A program made the position numbers and the translations under genes. This document shows positions 39,750 to 49,077 of a stretch of DNA of 64,000 bases, in pieces. Below the pieces are notes generated by a model, which saw nothing but the letters and a program-made list of their open reading frames with translations, was not told the DNA's origin and did not search any database. Numbering within the stretch: position 1 is the stretch's first letter; the number at the start of each line of letters is the position of its first letter. The stretch comes from Longimicrobiales bacterium (GTDB lineage Bacteria > Gemmatimonadota > Gemmatimonadetes > Longimicrobiales > Gaopeijiaceae). The DNA is taken from positions 960,001 to 1,024,000 of the forward strand of contig CBDAON010000004.1 in the NCBI GenBank assembly GCA_965198065.1. Reading direction: 5' to 3'.

Positions 39750-41225
39750 TTAGAGGTGGTAGTTCGGAGCCTCGCGTGTGATTGTCACGTCGTGGGGATG
39801 CGACTCCCGGAGCCCGACCGCTGTGACTCGCAAGAACCGGGCCTTTCGGTGGAGCTCCTCCAGGCTCGCGGCCCCGCAGTATCCCATGCCGCTCTGGAGG
39901 CCGCCCACGAGCTGGAAAACGGTGTCGGACACCGGACCTTTGTATGGCACCCGCGCCTCGATTCCCTCCGGGACCAGCTTCCGCTCATCGGCCTGATCTT
40001 CCTGGAAGTAGCGGTCGGCCGAGCCCTCCTCCATGGCCGAAAGCGACCCCATACCACGCACCAGCTTGTAGCGACGACCCTCGAGCAGGAAGGCATCTCC
40101 CGGGGCTTCCTCCGTGCCCGCGAACATCGAACCCATCATGACCACGTCGGCCCCTGCCGCAAGCGCCTTCACGAGGTCGCCCGAGTAGCGCACGCCCCCG
40201 TCCGAGACCACCGGTACGCGCCCCCCGGTCCCCTCGACGGCTTCCATCACGGCCGATAGCTGGGGCACTCCGACCCCGGTGACCACCCTCGTCGTGCAGA
40301 TCGAGCCGGGACCGACCCCCACTTTCACGGCGTCTACGCCCCGCTCCACCAGGGCCCGGGCACCGTCGCGGGTCGCCACGTTGCCGGCGATCAGCTGGAC
40401 GTCGGGGAAACGCTCCCGGGTCCGCGCCACCGCTCTGAGCACGCCGTCGGTGTGGCCGTGCGCCGTGTCGATCACCAGGATGTCCGCCCCGGCTTCGACG
40501 AGGGCCTCGGCCCGAGCGCCGTCTGCCTCGGAGGCGCCGATGGCGGCGCCGACCCGCAGCCGCCCGCGGTCGTCCTTGCAGGCTTTGGGGTGCTGCCGCC
40601 GCTTTACGATGTCCTTCACCGTGATCAGGCCGAGGAGCTTCCGATCCTTGCCGACGACGGGGAGTTTCTCGATCCGGTGCTCGTGGAGGATCCTCTCGGC
40701 ATCCTCGAGGGTGGTCCCTTCCACACCAGTGACCAGATTCTCCGAGGTCATGACGTCCTGCACCGGGCGATCGAGGTCCCGCTCGAACTGGAGGTCCCGG
40801 TTAGTGATGATTCCGATCAACCGTCCGCCATCCTCCACGACCGGAACGCCCGAGATCGAGAAGCGGGCCATGAGCCCGAGCGCATCGCGGAGCGTCGCCT
40901 TCGGTTGAACGGTGATCGGGTTGTGGATCATACCACTCTCCGAGCGCTTTACCCGGTCCACCTCGGCGGCTTGGGTCTCGATGGGGAGGTTCTTGTGGAT
41001 GATCCCCATCCCCCCTTCCCGAGCCAGGGCGATGGCCATCCGGGACTCGGTGACCGTGTCCATGGCCGCGGAGAGAAGGGGGATCGACAGCCGTATGCTT
41101 CGAGTGAGGGAGGTATCGACCCGAGTGTCGCGCGGGTGGACCGTGGAGTGGCCCGGAAAGATGAGGACGTCGTCGAAGGTGAGCGCTTCGGGGATGGGGT
41201 CCCCGGATGGGCGGGAGGATTCCAT
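39750..41225 (-). CDS. guaB: IMP dehydrogenase with CBS pair
   Basis: [36 protein letters not shown]. Confidence 0.97.
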   Translation of the reverse strand: MESSRPSGDPIPEALTFDDVLIFPGHSTVHPRDTRVDTSLTRSIRLSIPLLSAAMDTVTESRMAIALAREGGMGIIHKNLPIETQAAEVDRVKRSESGMIHNPITVQPKATLRDALGLMARFSISGVPVVEDGGRLIGIITNRDLQFERDLDRPVQDVMTSENLVTGVEGTTLEDAERILHEHRIEKLPVVGKDRKLLGLITVKDIVKRRQHPKACKDDRGRLRVGAAIGASEADGARAEALVEAGADILVIDTAHGHTDGVLRAVARTRERFPDVQLIAGNVATRDGARALVERGVDAVKVGVGPGSICTTRVVTGVGVPQLSAVMEAVEGTGGRVPVVSDGGVRYSGDLVKALAAGADVVMMGSMFAGTEEAPGDAFLLEGRRYKLVRGMGSLSAMEEGSADRYFQEDQADERKLVPEGIEARVPYKGPVSDTVFQLVGGLQSGMGYCGAASLEELHRKARFLRVTAVGLRESHPHDVTITREAPNYHL

Positions 41226-41230
41226 GGACC

Positions 41231-41259
41231 AGTCTATTCGGCCCCCCCAGGGGTGTCAA
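41231..41259 (-). promoter_or_regulatory. sigma70 promoter TTGACA-N17-TAGACT, 5 nt from the guaB ATG (leaderless arrangement)
   Basis: Perfect -35, TANNNT -10, no room for a Shine-Dalgarno. Confidence 0.7.
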
Positions 41260-41657
41260 CCGGAAGGAGGAGAACGGTTTTCACCCCATTCCCCGGCCTC
41301 CTCGGCCCCCTTCGGGCGGTCGATGCTCTCCGTTCTGCGGGCCCCACCGGGCCGCGGCTCGGGGGCCGCCTGGAGCTCGGAGAGGATCTCCCTTCCTGCG
41401 TCCTTCACTGAGCCCAGGACCCGATCCGCGACATCGATGAGCTGGAACGCCTCCCTGAGCGCCCCAGGACTGAAGGCCCGCTTCCGGAGGCCGTCCTCGA
41501 GCCTCTCCGCGAGCGTCTGGAGGCCCGAGACGTCCGCATGGGCCCGGGCCCCGTACCTGGACTCCAGGAACTCGATGTAATCGAGGGCATGGTAGAGCTG
41601 CGCCTCGGGGAGCGCCTCCAGTCGTCGAACGACTCTCTTCCTCAATGTCTCGTGCAC
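41256..41657 (-). CDS. Hypothetical protein (DUF2281-like N-terminus)
   Basis: RLEALPEAQLYHALDYIEFLESRY; RBS GGAGG. Confidence 0.65.
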   Translation of the reverse strand: MHETLRKRVVRRLEALPEAQLYHALDYIEFLESRYGARAHADVSGLQTLAERLEDGLRKRAFSPGALREAFQLIDVADRVLGSVKDAGREILSELQAAPEPRPGGARRTESIDRPKGAEEAGEWGENRSPPSG

Positions 41658-41761
41658 GATTCACCGCCCTCCCCTGGCCTCCCCTCCGCATGTTCAAAAC
41701 GACGGGGGGCGTTATTATCGTGGGATTCGCTTTCCCGGACCCCGAAGGTGTCTAGATCCCA

Positions 41762-42577
41762 ATGGCTTGGCTTCCCCTTCGCCGCGTTCCGCTGCCCGAC
41801 GAGACCACCCGGGCCTACGACGCCTGGCTCGACGGGCTCGGGCGCTCGCTCGACGACCCCTCCACGGATCGGAACGAGCTGTGCCGAACGGTCCTGACCG
41901 AGCTGTACTATCCAGGACTCCGTGACGTCGACCCGGCGAAGCTGCCGGAAACGGTCCGGATCGCGCTCCTCCATATGGACCCCCGGAATATCACCCTCGA
42001 GCCCGAGTACTACCACGAAATCGACCAGGAGAAGTACAACAGGGTCAAGCCGCTTATCTGGCTCTGGGAGATGTTCGACAAGAGTCCCCTCGGCGAGAAC
42101 GTCCATCTCAGCGTGCTCTTCCGGAGGGTGCTGGCCAAGCGAATCTTCAAGAAGTGTGGGAAGAACTTCAAGGCGTTTCACTTCGTGAAGTTCTCCTTCG
42201 GATACAACCTCGAGGTCGGGGACGGCGTCGTCGTGCACCGGCACGTGCTGCTCGATGACCGGGGCGGCATTAGGATCGGAAACGGAGCCAGCATCGCCGA
42301 TTTCGCGAACGTGTACTCTCACGCCCACGACATCGTGGATCCCCACCTGATCGACTGTCCGGCCACGATCATCGAGGACGGGGTCCGCATCACGTATCAC
42401 GCCACGGTTCTCGCCGGCGTCCAAGTGGCGAAAAATTCCATGGTCGGAGCCCTGGGCGTCGCGACCCGCGACACCGAGCCGGAGACACTCCATCTGGGGA
42501 TTCCGGCCAGGGCGGTCAAGAAGAAGCTGGATACGGAGCGGAGAAGGGCTCCTCCAGACGCTCTGGCAACCGAATAG
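41762..42577 (+). CDS. Hexapeptide-repeat (left-handed beta-helix) acyltransferase
   Basis: EVGDGVVV, IRIGNGASI, IIEDGVRI..ATVLAGVQVAKNSMVGA, GIPA. Confidence 0.85.
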   Translation: MAWLPLRRVPLPDETTRAYDAWLDGLGRSLDDPSTDRNELCRTVLTELYYPGLRDVDPAKLPETVRIALLHMDPRNITLEPEYYHEIDQEKYNRVKPLIWLWEMFDKSPLGENVHLSVLFRRVLAKRIFKKCGKNFKAFHFVKFSFGYNLEVGDGVVVHRHVLLDDRGGIRIGNGASIADFANVYSHAHDIVDPHLIDCPATIIEDGVRITYHATVLAGVQVAKNSMVGALGVATRDTEPETLHLGIPARAVKKKLDTERRRAPPDALATE

Positions 42578-42676
42578 GAGGGCCTGCCGCGAGGCGGGCG
42601 GCTCAGCCTCTGGCCGAGCCGATTCCCTTCGGCCTGTTCGAGAGGAGCGTCCGGTTCCGGATGCAGGACAACCTGA

Positions 42677-42838
42677 ATGAGCAAGCTCCTCAATCTGATG
42701 GCCATGACGGTCGGGGGATGGATCGGCTGGGAGGTCGGATCGCTCGTCTCGGTCTTCACCGGCTTCGTCGTCAGCATGGTCGGATCCGGGGGCGGACTTT
42801 ATCTCGCTAACCGCTTCGTTCAGCGGTATCGGCCATAG
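42677..42838 (+). CDS. Small Gly-rich membrane protein (53 aa), absent from the ORF track
   Basis: MSKLLNLMAMTVGGWIGWEVGSLVSVFTGFVVSMVGSGGGLYLANRFVQRYRP; upstream AGGA; two glycine-zipper-like TM segments. Confidence 0.65.
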   Translation: MSKLLNLMAMTVGGWIGWEVGSLVSVFTGFVVSMVGSGGGLYLANRFVQRYRP

Positions 42839-42949
42839 GAATCGGGTCCGGGCGCATCCGCTCGCCCGGCGGCCCGGGCGCGCCCCCCGGGTGTAGAGCA
42901 GGGAGGAGCAGGAGCGCTCCGATCGCTGCCGACAGGTAGAGCGCGTAGA

Positions 42950-43110
42950 TCGCCTTCGGACGACGAACGGGCTTCCCAACTCGATCACGTCCGGTTAGAG
43001 ACTTCGCGCTCGGCTAAATCCCTCACCTGCGCGTCCAGGTAGGTCCGGATGCCGCCGCTCGCCTGAGAGTAGAACTTGGTGATGTCGAGGACGCGGACGG
43101 GTGCATCGAC
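42950..43110 (-). pseudogene. Remnant of a GT4 (GT-B) glycosyltransferase
   Basis: VRVLDITKFYSQASGGIRTYLDA, then out of frame PDVIELGSPFVV; the intervening and downstream domains are missing. Confidence 0.65.
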
Positions 43111-43213
43111 GCACCTGTCACGGACCGCCCCACCCTTGTCCCTCCCTTAGGCCTCTACTTTCCGAGTCCTGCAGGCACAGCGTTACCTGTCGTTGGGCAG
43201 CGGTCTGTGCAGA

Positions 43214-43690
43214 TCATGAACCGTCCAGCTCCGTTCGAGGTCGGGCGCGCTTTCGGGCTTCCGCAAGGAAGCCCGGCTTCAGGTCGAGTAGGTTTGCGAT
43301 CCGCCGGAGGAGGTACGCCTCGTGCTGCGCGAGATCTCCATCGGCGAGAACCAGCCCCCACATGATCTCTGCCAGCACGGTCTTCTGGCCGAGGTCGTAC
43401 TCGGACCGGATGAGGGACGTGAACTGATAGAGGTCGACAGCGGACGCCCGCTCGGCCTCCGCGAGCTCGATCAGCTCCCTGGCGGTGCCCTCGTCCAGGT
43501 CGAAGTGCCGGCCCAGGGCCCCCTCGATGTGGGCTCGCTCGGTATCGCTGAACTCATCGTCCGCGTAAACCAGCTCGAGGAGGAGCGCACACGCCGCGAT
43601 GTGGAGGCGCTCGCGGACAGGAGGGGACTCCGGCGCCTCCGGCGGCGGGCTCATCTCGCGCTGGAAGAACGTCCGGACCCGGCGCAGCAC
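43214..43690 (-). CDS. TerB-family protein
   Basis: ALLLELVYADDEFSDTE, DLYQFTSLI, LVLADG..HEAYLLRRIANLL. Confidence 0.85.
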   Translation of the reverse strand: MLRRVRTFFQREMSPPPEAPESPPVRERLHIAACALLLELVYADDEFSDTERAHIEGALGRHFDLDEGTARELIELAEAERASAVDLYQFTSLIRSEYDLGQKTVLAEIMWGLVLADGDLAQHEAYLLRRIANLLDLKPGFLAEARKRARPRTELDGS

Positions 43691-43729
43691 GGCCTCAGCC
43701 CCCGCCCGCCGGTCGGCTCGGCCAACGGA

Positions 43730-44773
43730 TCACGCGTCGCCCTCGTCGGGCGCGCTGCCCGGGTCGCCTGAGGGTGGGGCGCCGGCCCGGTCTTCCTCCC
43801 CCTCTTTCCAGACGAGGGCCCCGGCCGCTCCCGCCATCCCCATGATGCCGGGAACGTTCAGGGAGTCCGCCAGCCCGGAAGGTACCACCATGAGAGAGCC
43901 GCGCTTCACAATGCTCTCATAGAGCATGTTCATGGCCCGGAGGTTCATCGCAACCGGGTTCGAACGGTAGCGCTCGGCGGCTTCCACGAACTTGGACGCC
44001 ACCTCGGTCTCGGCGGTGCCCAGGATGATCCGGGCCTGCCGCTCCCGTTCGGCCTGCGCCTGCCTGGACATCGCCTCCTCCAATGCTTCCGGAATAATCA
44101 CGTCCCGGATCTCGACGGACTGCACCTGGATGCCCCAGTCGTGCATTTTCCGGTCCAGCGCTTCCTGGAGCCCCCGCCCCAGCTCCTTTCTCGACTGGAT
44201 CAGCTCGGCCAGGTCGTGCTTCCCGATCCCGTCCCGAAGGGCCGTCTGCGCGGCCAGGATCACGGCCTCGTTGTAATCCTGGACCTCAAGGGCCGCCCGC
44301 TCCGCGTCGTAGACGACCCAAAACGCGATCGCGTCCACGTCCACCGGCACTGTGTCCCGCGTGAGACACGACTCCGCGCCGAACGCCGTGGTTCGGATGC
44401 GCTGGTCGATGTGGTAGCTGACTCGGTCGATGATCGGGACCACGGCAAAGAAGCCGGGGCCACGCAGGCCCCGATAGCGCCCCATGCGGAGGACCACGGC
44501 CTTCTCCCACTGATCTGCGAACTTGATGGACGACCCCAAGAGCAGCGCGGCCGCGGCTCCGACCGCCAGCGCTACGGCCGGCAGCGTCCCCACCAGGTAG
44601 ACCCCGCCTCCCACGACCGCCCCGGCCGCCAGCCCGGCCGTGATCGCCGGAACGGGGTACCGCGTGTCGTCGGGGGAGCTCTTGGACATGGCCCGCTTCT
44701 CCAGTCGGGAGGCCCGCATCTTTTGCGGATCGTAGCGCACGATCTTCGTGTCGTGCGCGGTCTGGCCCATCAT
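43730..44773 (-). CDS. SPFH/stomatin (band 7) membrane protein
   Basis: WEKAVVLRMGR, LTRDTVPVDVDA, AQTALR, MSRQAQAERERQAR. Confidence 0.9.
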   Translation of the reverse strand: MMGQTAHDTKIVRYDPQKMRASRLEKRAMSKSSPDDTRYPVPAITAGLAAGAVVGGGVYLVGTLPAVALAVGAAAALLLGSSIKFADQWEKAVVLRMGRYRGLRGPGFFAVVPIIDRVSYHIDQRIRTTAFGAESCLTRDTVPVDVDAIAFWVVYDAERAALEVQDYNEAVILAAQTALRDGIGKHDLAELIQSRKELGRGLQEALDRKMHDWGIQVQSVEIRDVIIPEALEEAMSRQAQAERERQARIILGTAETEVASKFVEAAERYRSNPVAMNLRAMNMLYESIVKRGSLMVVPSGLADSLNVPGIMGMAGAAGALVWKEGEEDRAGAPPSGDPGSAPDEGDA

Positions 44774-45198
44774 CCCGAATCACCGCCGCTGCCGTCGTCC
44801 AGCGCCGCCCGGTACTCGGCCAGGGCTCCGATCAGGTCGTCCACCCCGTATCCCAGGGCCTTCGCCTTCTCCGTCACATCGGTGCAGAGGGCGAGGAACG
44901 CCTTGCGGCGCCGTCGCACTTCCTCGGGCGGGGGTGCCAGGCTCACGAACGTACCCTCGCCGGGCCGGGTCGAGACCACCCCCAGGCGCTCGAGCTCCTC
45001 GTAAGACCAGGTAACCGTCCGGGGGCTCACGCCCAGTTCGATCGCGAGCTCCCGCACGGTGGGCATCCGCTCCCCCGCCTCCAGCGACCCCTCGACAACC
45101 TCCGTCCAAAGGTGCTCGACGATCTGATGCGCCACCGGATCCCCATGGCTCGCGTCCAGGATCCGTGCGAGCCGTCGCGGGAGCGAGCTGGAGCTCAT
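44770..45198 (-). CDS. GntR-family (YtrA-like) transcriptional regulator
   Basis: GERMPTVRELAIELGVSPRTV..YEELE..GEGTFV; short C-terminal helix. Confidence 0.9.
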   Translation of the reverse strand: MSSSSLPRRLARILDASHGDPVAHQIVEHLWTEVVEGSLEAGERMPTVRELAIELGVSPRTVTWSYEELERLGVVSTRPGEGTFVSLAPPPEEVRRRRKAFLALCTDVTEKAKALGYGVDDLIGALAEYRAALDDGSGGDSG

Positions 45199-45419
45199 GA
45201 GCCTGGGTTTTGGAGAAGGATCGTAGCCTGAGGGCGCCCGCAGGCGCGAGGCCCTCCGATCCTGAAACTACACCGCTTGCGCCTTAGCGCTCAACTCAGA
45301 CGGCGCCGGGACGGCTCGCGGTACTTTGCGGGCTCGCCTGGGGCGCGGAACCGCCTTGAAAGGGGGCAGGAGGCAAGGCTCGGGATGCCTGCCGGAGCAC
45401 CCGACCCCACTCAGATTCT

Positions 45420-45683
45420 CGGTTCCTTCAGGGTCGGCCACCTCCCCAATTCACGCGCCCCCAGCCCGCTCGGCGGCGTTCCCTGGACGCTCGTGGGATT
45501 CGGAAGCTGCACGCCGGCCGCCGCCCCGGAGATCTAGCTCAAGGCCTCGGCGGCGCGGTGGACCCAGGCGCCACCGATCGCAGCGGCCCCTCCGGCGAGG
45601 AGCGTACGCCGGCCGATCGGGCGGCTCGGTAATGGCTGACTCGCCGCGAGCGCGGGCTCGTTGGGTGAGGTCGGCCGTGCCAT
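45420..45683 (-). pseudogene. Truncated Tat-exported protein remnant (in-frame TAG at 45534-45536)
   Basis: RBS GGAGAGG + ATG; Tat motif GRRTLL + hydrophobic core; read-through gives PNPTSVQGTPPSGLGAR, reminiscent of SoxC-type N-termini. Confidence 0.4.
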
Positions 45684-45827
45684 ACGTGACCTCTCCGGGA
45701 TGGGTTTCCTCGACCGTATCTGGTGGCGGACCGGAGGAGCAAGCATGTTGCCCCGGAGCCCAGGCGCGGGCGTGCGAACGCTACAACGACGACGCCACGG
45801 GAGAAACCCGCACCCGAGGAGGAGGCC

Positions 45828-45938
45828 ATGAGGGCGATCATCGGCGCCGGCGTCACCCTGATGCTGGTCACGGGCGGCCCGGCCGCAGCGGCTTGGGAGA
45901 CGGCGGCAGCGGCCGGGCTCCCCCTCGGCGACCGGTAG
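45828..45938 (+). CDS. 36-aa peptide that is almost entirely a signal peptide (possible gene remnant)
   Basis: Strong RBS GAGGAGGAGG; MRAIIGAGVTLMLVTGGPAAAAW... Confidence 0.4.
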   Translation: MRAIIGAGVTLMLVTGGPAAAAWETAAAAGLPLGDR

Positions 45939-45956
45939 CGGCGATCCCCGAGTCCC

Positions 45957-47069
45957 ATGGGCTGCTGCGAGGCTACCAATCCGGACATGGCCAGAACGGT
46001 CTCGGGGCGGGAGCGTTCCGCCCCCCCGGACTGGACGACCGACGCCCTACTCGACCGCCGGGCGGTGATGAAGGGGCTCCTCGCCGCGGCAGGCGTCATG
46101 TGGATCAGCGGATGCGGCAGAGCAGGCGCCGGAGGGTCGCGCGTTCGTCTCGCGTTCTGCGGCCAGCTCCTTTGCGTCGTCCCGTATGAGGTCGCCCGCG
46201 CCCGGGGGCACTTCGCCGAGCAGGGGATCGATGTCGAGCTCGTGTACACGAGGGGCGGGAACCAGGCCATGCAGGCCCTGGTCGCGGGCGCGGTCGAGTA
46301 CGCGGGCACCTCCTTCGACGTCGCGCTCCAGGCCGCGGCGAACGGCGCCGCGATCCGACGGGTGGCCTCCACGGGCCGCCTGCCGCTCTTCGCTTTGGCC
46401 GCAGGGCCCGGACAGGTCGAGGCGATCACGTCGGTCGCGGACCTCTTGGATCGCACGGTCGGGATCTCGGGGCTCGGGAACGCGGACCACGCGCTCCTCC
46501 TCTATCTCCTAGATCGGGCCGAGGTGGACGCCGAGAGCGTCCGTTTCGCCTCGATCGGGACCAATCTCTTCGACGCGCTCCGCATCGGGCAGGTGGACGC
46601 GGCGATGCTCCAGGAGCCCGCTCTCTCGCTCGTCGTTCAGGCGGGCGGCCGAGAGCTCGTGAACTTCATGGAGATAGAGGAGACCCGGGAGCGCCTCGGA
46701 GGCGCCTACGAGTTCATGGGCGTCTCCGTCCGCGCGGAGGAGCGGGACGAGCGGCTGCCCGAGATCCGGCGGGTCGCTGCCGCGCTCGCCGGGGGGCTGG
46801 CCGACACGCGGAGCCTTCCCGTGGCGGAGATCGTCCAGGCTCTCCCGGAGCCCCTCGTGGCCGGCGGAGACCTGGAGCAGCTCCAGGGCATCCTGGAGCG
46901 CTACCGACTCTCGCTCTATCCGGAGGATGTGGCAATCGACGTCGAGGCCGCGAGGAGGGTGGTCGAGGCCCAGGAGATCGCGGGTCTCCTCCCAGCCGGC
47001 GCCGTGAGCCTCGACGCCCTCCTCGACGTGGGGGCCCTCGGCGGATCCCGCACGCCCTCCGGCCTCTGA
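45957..47069 (+). CDS. NitT/TauT/SsuA-type ABC substrate-binding protein, Tat lipoprotein
   Basis: RRAVMK + lipobox ISGC; FAEQGIDVEL, GQVDAAMLQEP. Confidence 0.85.
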   Translation: MGCCEATNPDMARTVSGRERSAPPDWTTDALLDRRAVMKGLLAAAGVMWISGCGRAGAGGSRVRLAFCGQLLCVVPYEVARARGHFAEQGIDVELVYTRGGNQAMQALVAGAVEYAGTSFDVALQAAANGAAIRRVASTGRLPLFALAAGPGQVEAITSVADLLDRTVGISGLGNADHALLLYLLDRAEVDAESVRFASIGTNLFDALRIGQVDAAMLQEPALSLVVQAGGRELVNFMEIEETRERLGGAYEFMGVSVRAEERDERLPEIRRVAAALAGGLADTRSLPVAEIVQALPEPLVAGGDLEQLQGILERYRLSLYPEDVAIDVEAARRVVEAQEIAGLLPAGAVSLDALLDVGALGGSRTPSGL

Positions 47070-47084
47070 CCCGGGCGCCCGACG

Positions 47085-47843
47085 TTGCTTCGAGTGCGCA
47101 ACCTCACCGTCGGATACGGAGCTGAGCCCGTCCTCGACAGGATCTCGATCGACGTCCACGCCGGGCAATTCACGAGTTTGATCGGGCCATCCGGATCCGG
47201 AAAGACGAGCGTTCTTCGAGCCGTCACTCGCCTGATGGATCCCGAGGAGGGAGGCATCGAGCTGGACGTCGCTCCGGACGAGATCGGGTTCCTGTTCCAG
47301 GACGACGCGCTCCTCCCCTGGCGCACGGCGCGGGAGAATGTGGCGCTCGGGATGCGGATCCGCGGGGCCCCGCCGGGCCCGGCGGGGGCGAAGGCGGACG
47401 AGTGGCTCGCCCTCTTCGGGCTGGAGGGGCTGGAGGACCGCTATCCCCAGCAGCTCTCGGGCGGACAGCGCAAGCGCGTGGCGCTCGCGCAGGTGCTGGT
47501 CCTGCGCCCGAAGCTCCTCCTCATGGACGAGCCATTCGCTTCGCTCGACGCCATCGTCCGTACGCGGATCACGGAAGAGCTCCACGGATGGGTGGAGCGG
47601 GAGCGCCTGACCGTCCTCCTCGTGACGCACGACTTGGATGAGGCGATCGGTGCGTCGGACGTCGTGTACGTCCTTTCGCGCGGTCCCCGGGCCCGCGTCC
47701 GCGCGCGGCACGAGGTGGGGATCGAGCGCCCGCGGTCGGTGCTGGAGTCCAGGCGCCACCCCCGGTTCGCGCCGCTCCGGGAGCAACTGTGGAAGGAGCT
47801 GTCTGAAGGCGCGGCGCATCGCCCGAGCCCGGTGGAACCGTGA
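47085..47843 (+). CDS. NitT/TauT ABC ATP-binding protein
   Basis: GPSGSGKT, FQDDALLPWRT, LSGGQRKR, MDEPFASLD, VTHD. Confidence 0.92.
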   Translation: MLRVRNLTVGYGAEPVLDRISIDVHAGQFTSLIGPSGSGKTSVLRAVTRLMDPEEGGIELDVAPDEIGFLFQDDALLPWRTARENVALGMRIRGAPPGPAGAKADEWLALFGLEGLEDRYPQQLSGGQRKRVALAQVLVLRPKLLLMDEPFASLDAIVRTRITEELHGWVERERLTVLLVTHDLDEAIGASDVVYVLSRGPRARVRARHEVGIERPRSVLESRRHPRFAPLREQLWKELSEGAAHRPSPVEP

Positions 47844-48667
47844 GCGCCGGTCCGACAGCTGCGAGCCGGAGCGCCGAGGGCTCGTCCTTACGCCCCCCTC
47901 CAACGGCATCTCGCCTCGCCCGAGGCCGGGTCGTGCGCCGCGCGGCCGCCCTCGTCGCACTCCTCGTTCTGTGGGAGGGCCTGTCTCGACTGGGGTGGGT
48001 GGACCCGTTCTATGCGCCTCCACCTTCCGAGGTCGCTTCGGTCGCCGCATCCCTGTTCCGGGACGGTGGATTCTGGACTCACCTCGAGGCGACGTTCGCG
48101 GCCGCCCTCCTCGGGTTGGCCGGGGGAATCGCGATCGGCGTCGTGCTCGGGTTCGCGGCTGCGCTCGTCCCCCTCCTGGCCGACGTGCTCGAGCCCGTCA
48201 TGATCCTCCTGAACGCGATCCCCAGGGTAATCCTCGCGCCCCTCTTCGTCCTGTGGCTGGGAATCGGGCTGGGCTCGAAGGTAGCCCTCGCGCTCATCCT
48301 CGTGGCCGTCCTCGTGTTCTTCGCGGTCTACGGCGGCATCAGGGACGTGGACCGGCGTTTCGTTGAGCGCGTTCGCACGCTCGGTGGCGGGACGGACGCC
48401 CTGATCCGTGAGGTATACGTCCCGTCCGTGACCGCGCGGGTGATGAGCAACCTGAAGATCGCGGTAGGCTTCGCCTTCACGGGCGCCGTCGTGGGTGAGT
48501 TCGTGGCGTCGAGCCGGGGGCTCGGCTACCTGCTCCAGTTCGCGCAGAGCACGTACAACGCGGGCCTCACGATCTCGCTCATCTTCCTCATCATGGCGCT
48601 CGTGCTCGTCCTGTTCGCGCTGGCGGAGCGCCTCGAGCGGCGGCTCCTCCGCTGGCGAGACAGATAG
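47840..48667 (+). CDS. NitT/TauT ABC permease
   Basis: NAIPRVILAPLF..WLGIG, GAVVGEFVASSRGLGY. Confidence 0.92.
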   Translation: MSAGPTAASRSAEGSSLRPPPTASRLARGRVVRRAAALVALLVLWEGLSRLGWVDPFYAPPPSEVASVAASLFRDGGFWTHLEATFAAALLGLAGGIAIGVVLGFAAALVPLLADVLEPVMILLNAIPRVILAPLFVLWLGIGLGSKVALALILVAVLVFFAVYGGIRDVDRRFVERVRTLGGGTDALIREVYVPSVTARVMSNLKIAVGFAFTGAVVGEFVASSRGLGYLLQFAQSTYNAGLTISLIFLIMALVLVLFALAERLERRLLRWRDR

Positions 48668-48701
48668 AGGCCCTGCCGCCGGCCCGCCCTGTGGCCTGGA
48701 G

Positions 48702-48916
48702 CTATGTCCCCATGCGCCGGAGCACGTCGCGGAACTCCCGCGAGAGCTCCGCTCGCTGGGGGCGTGGAGCCTCCTTTCCCGGCTGTAGATGCGGTCGGCC
48801 GCCACGATCAGCTCCAGGTCGTCCCGCGCGCTCAGGTTCGGGGTAACCCCCCGCAGCCGGTCGGCGATCTCGCCCTTGAGCACTGGACAGAGCCACCCCG
48901 ACTCCGCGGAGACCAT
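48702..48916 (-). pseudogene. Short frameshifted coding fragment of unknown family
   Basis: RBS-like AAGGA/GAGGG + ATG; MVSAESGWLCPVLKGEIADRL...AADRIY, then a frame change near 48785 to QPGKEAPRPQRAELSREFRDVLRRMGT*. Confidence 0.3.
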
Positions 48917-49077
48917 CCTTTTCCCTCAAGTTTCTGCTTGCCCACTCGGAGAGGCCTTCTGTACCTTGTCACCGGACATTCAGATGTTCCCTAGGTGTGG
49001 TGGCTGGAGCCCGCGGGAGCTAGCGCCCGGTAGCGTTCTCTTACACAACCCTTACGTCCGATGGAGGATCGTCCTTC

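Noticed and set aside
45345..45410. c-di-GMP-I, ZTP or 6S RNA assignment
   Set aside because: Only partial motif resemblance; key conserved elements are missing, so it is kept as an unassigned candidate
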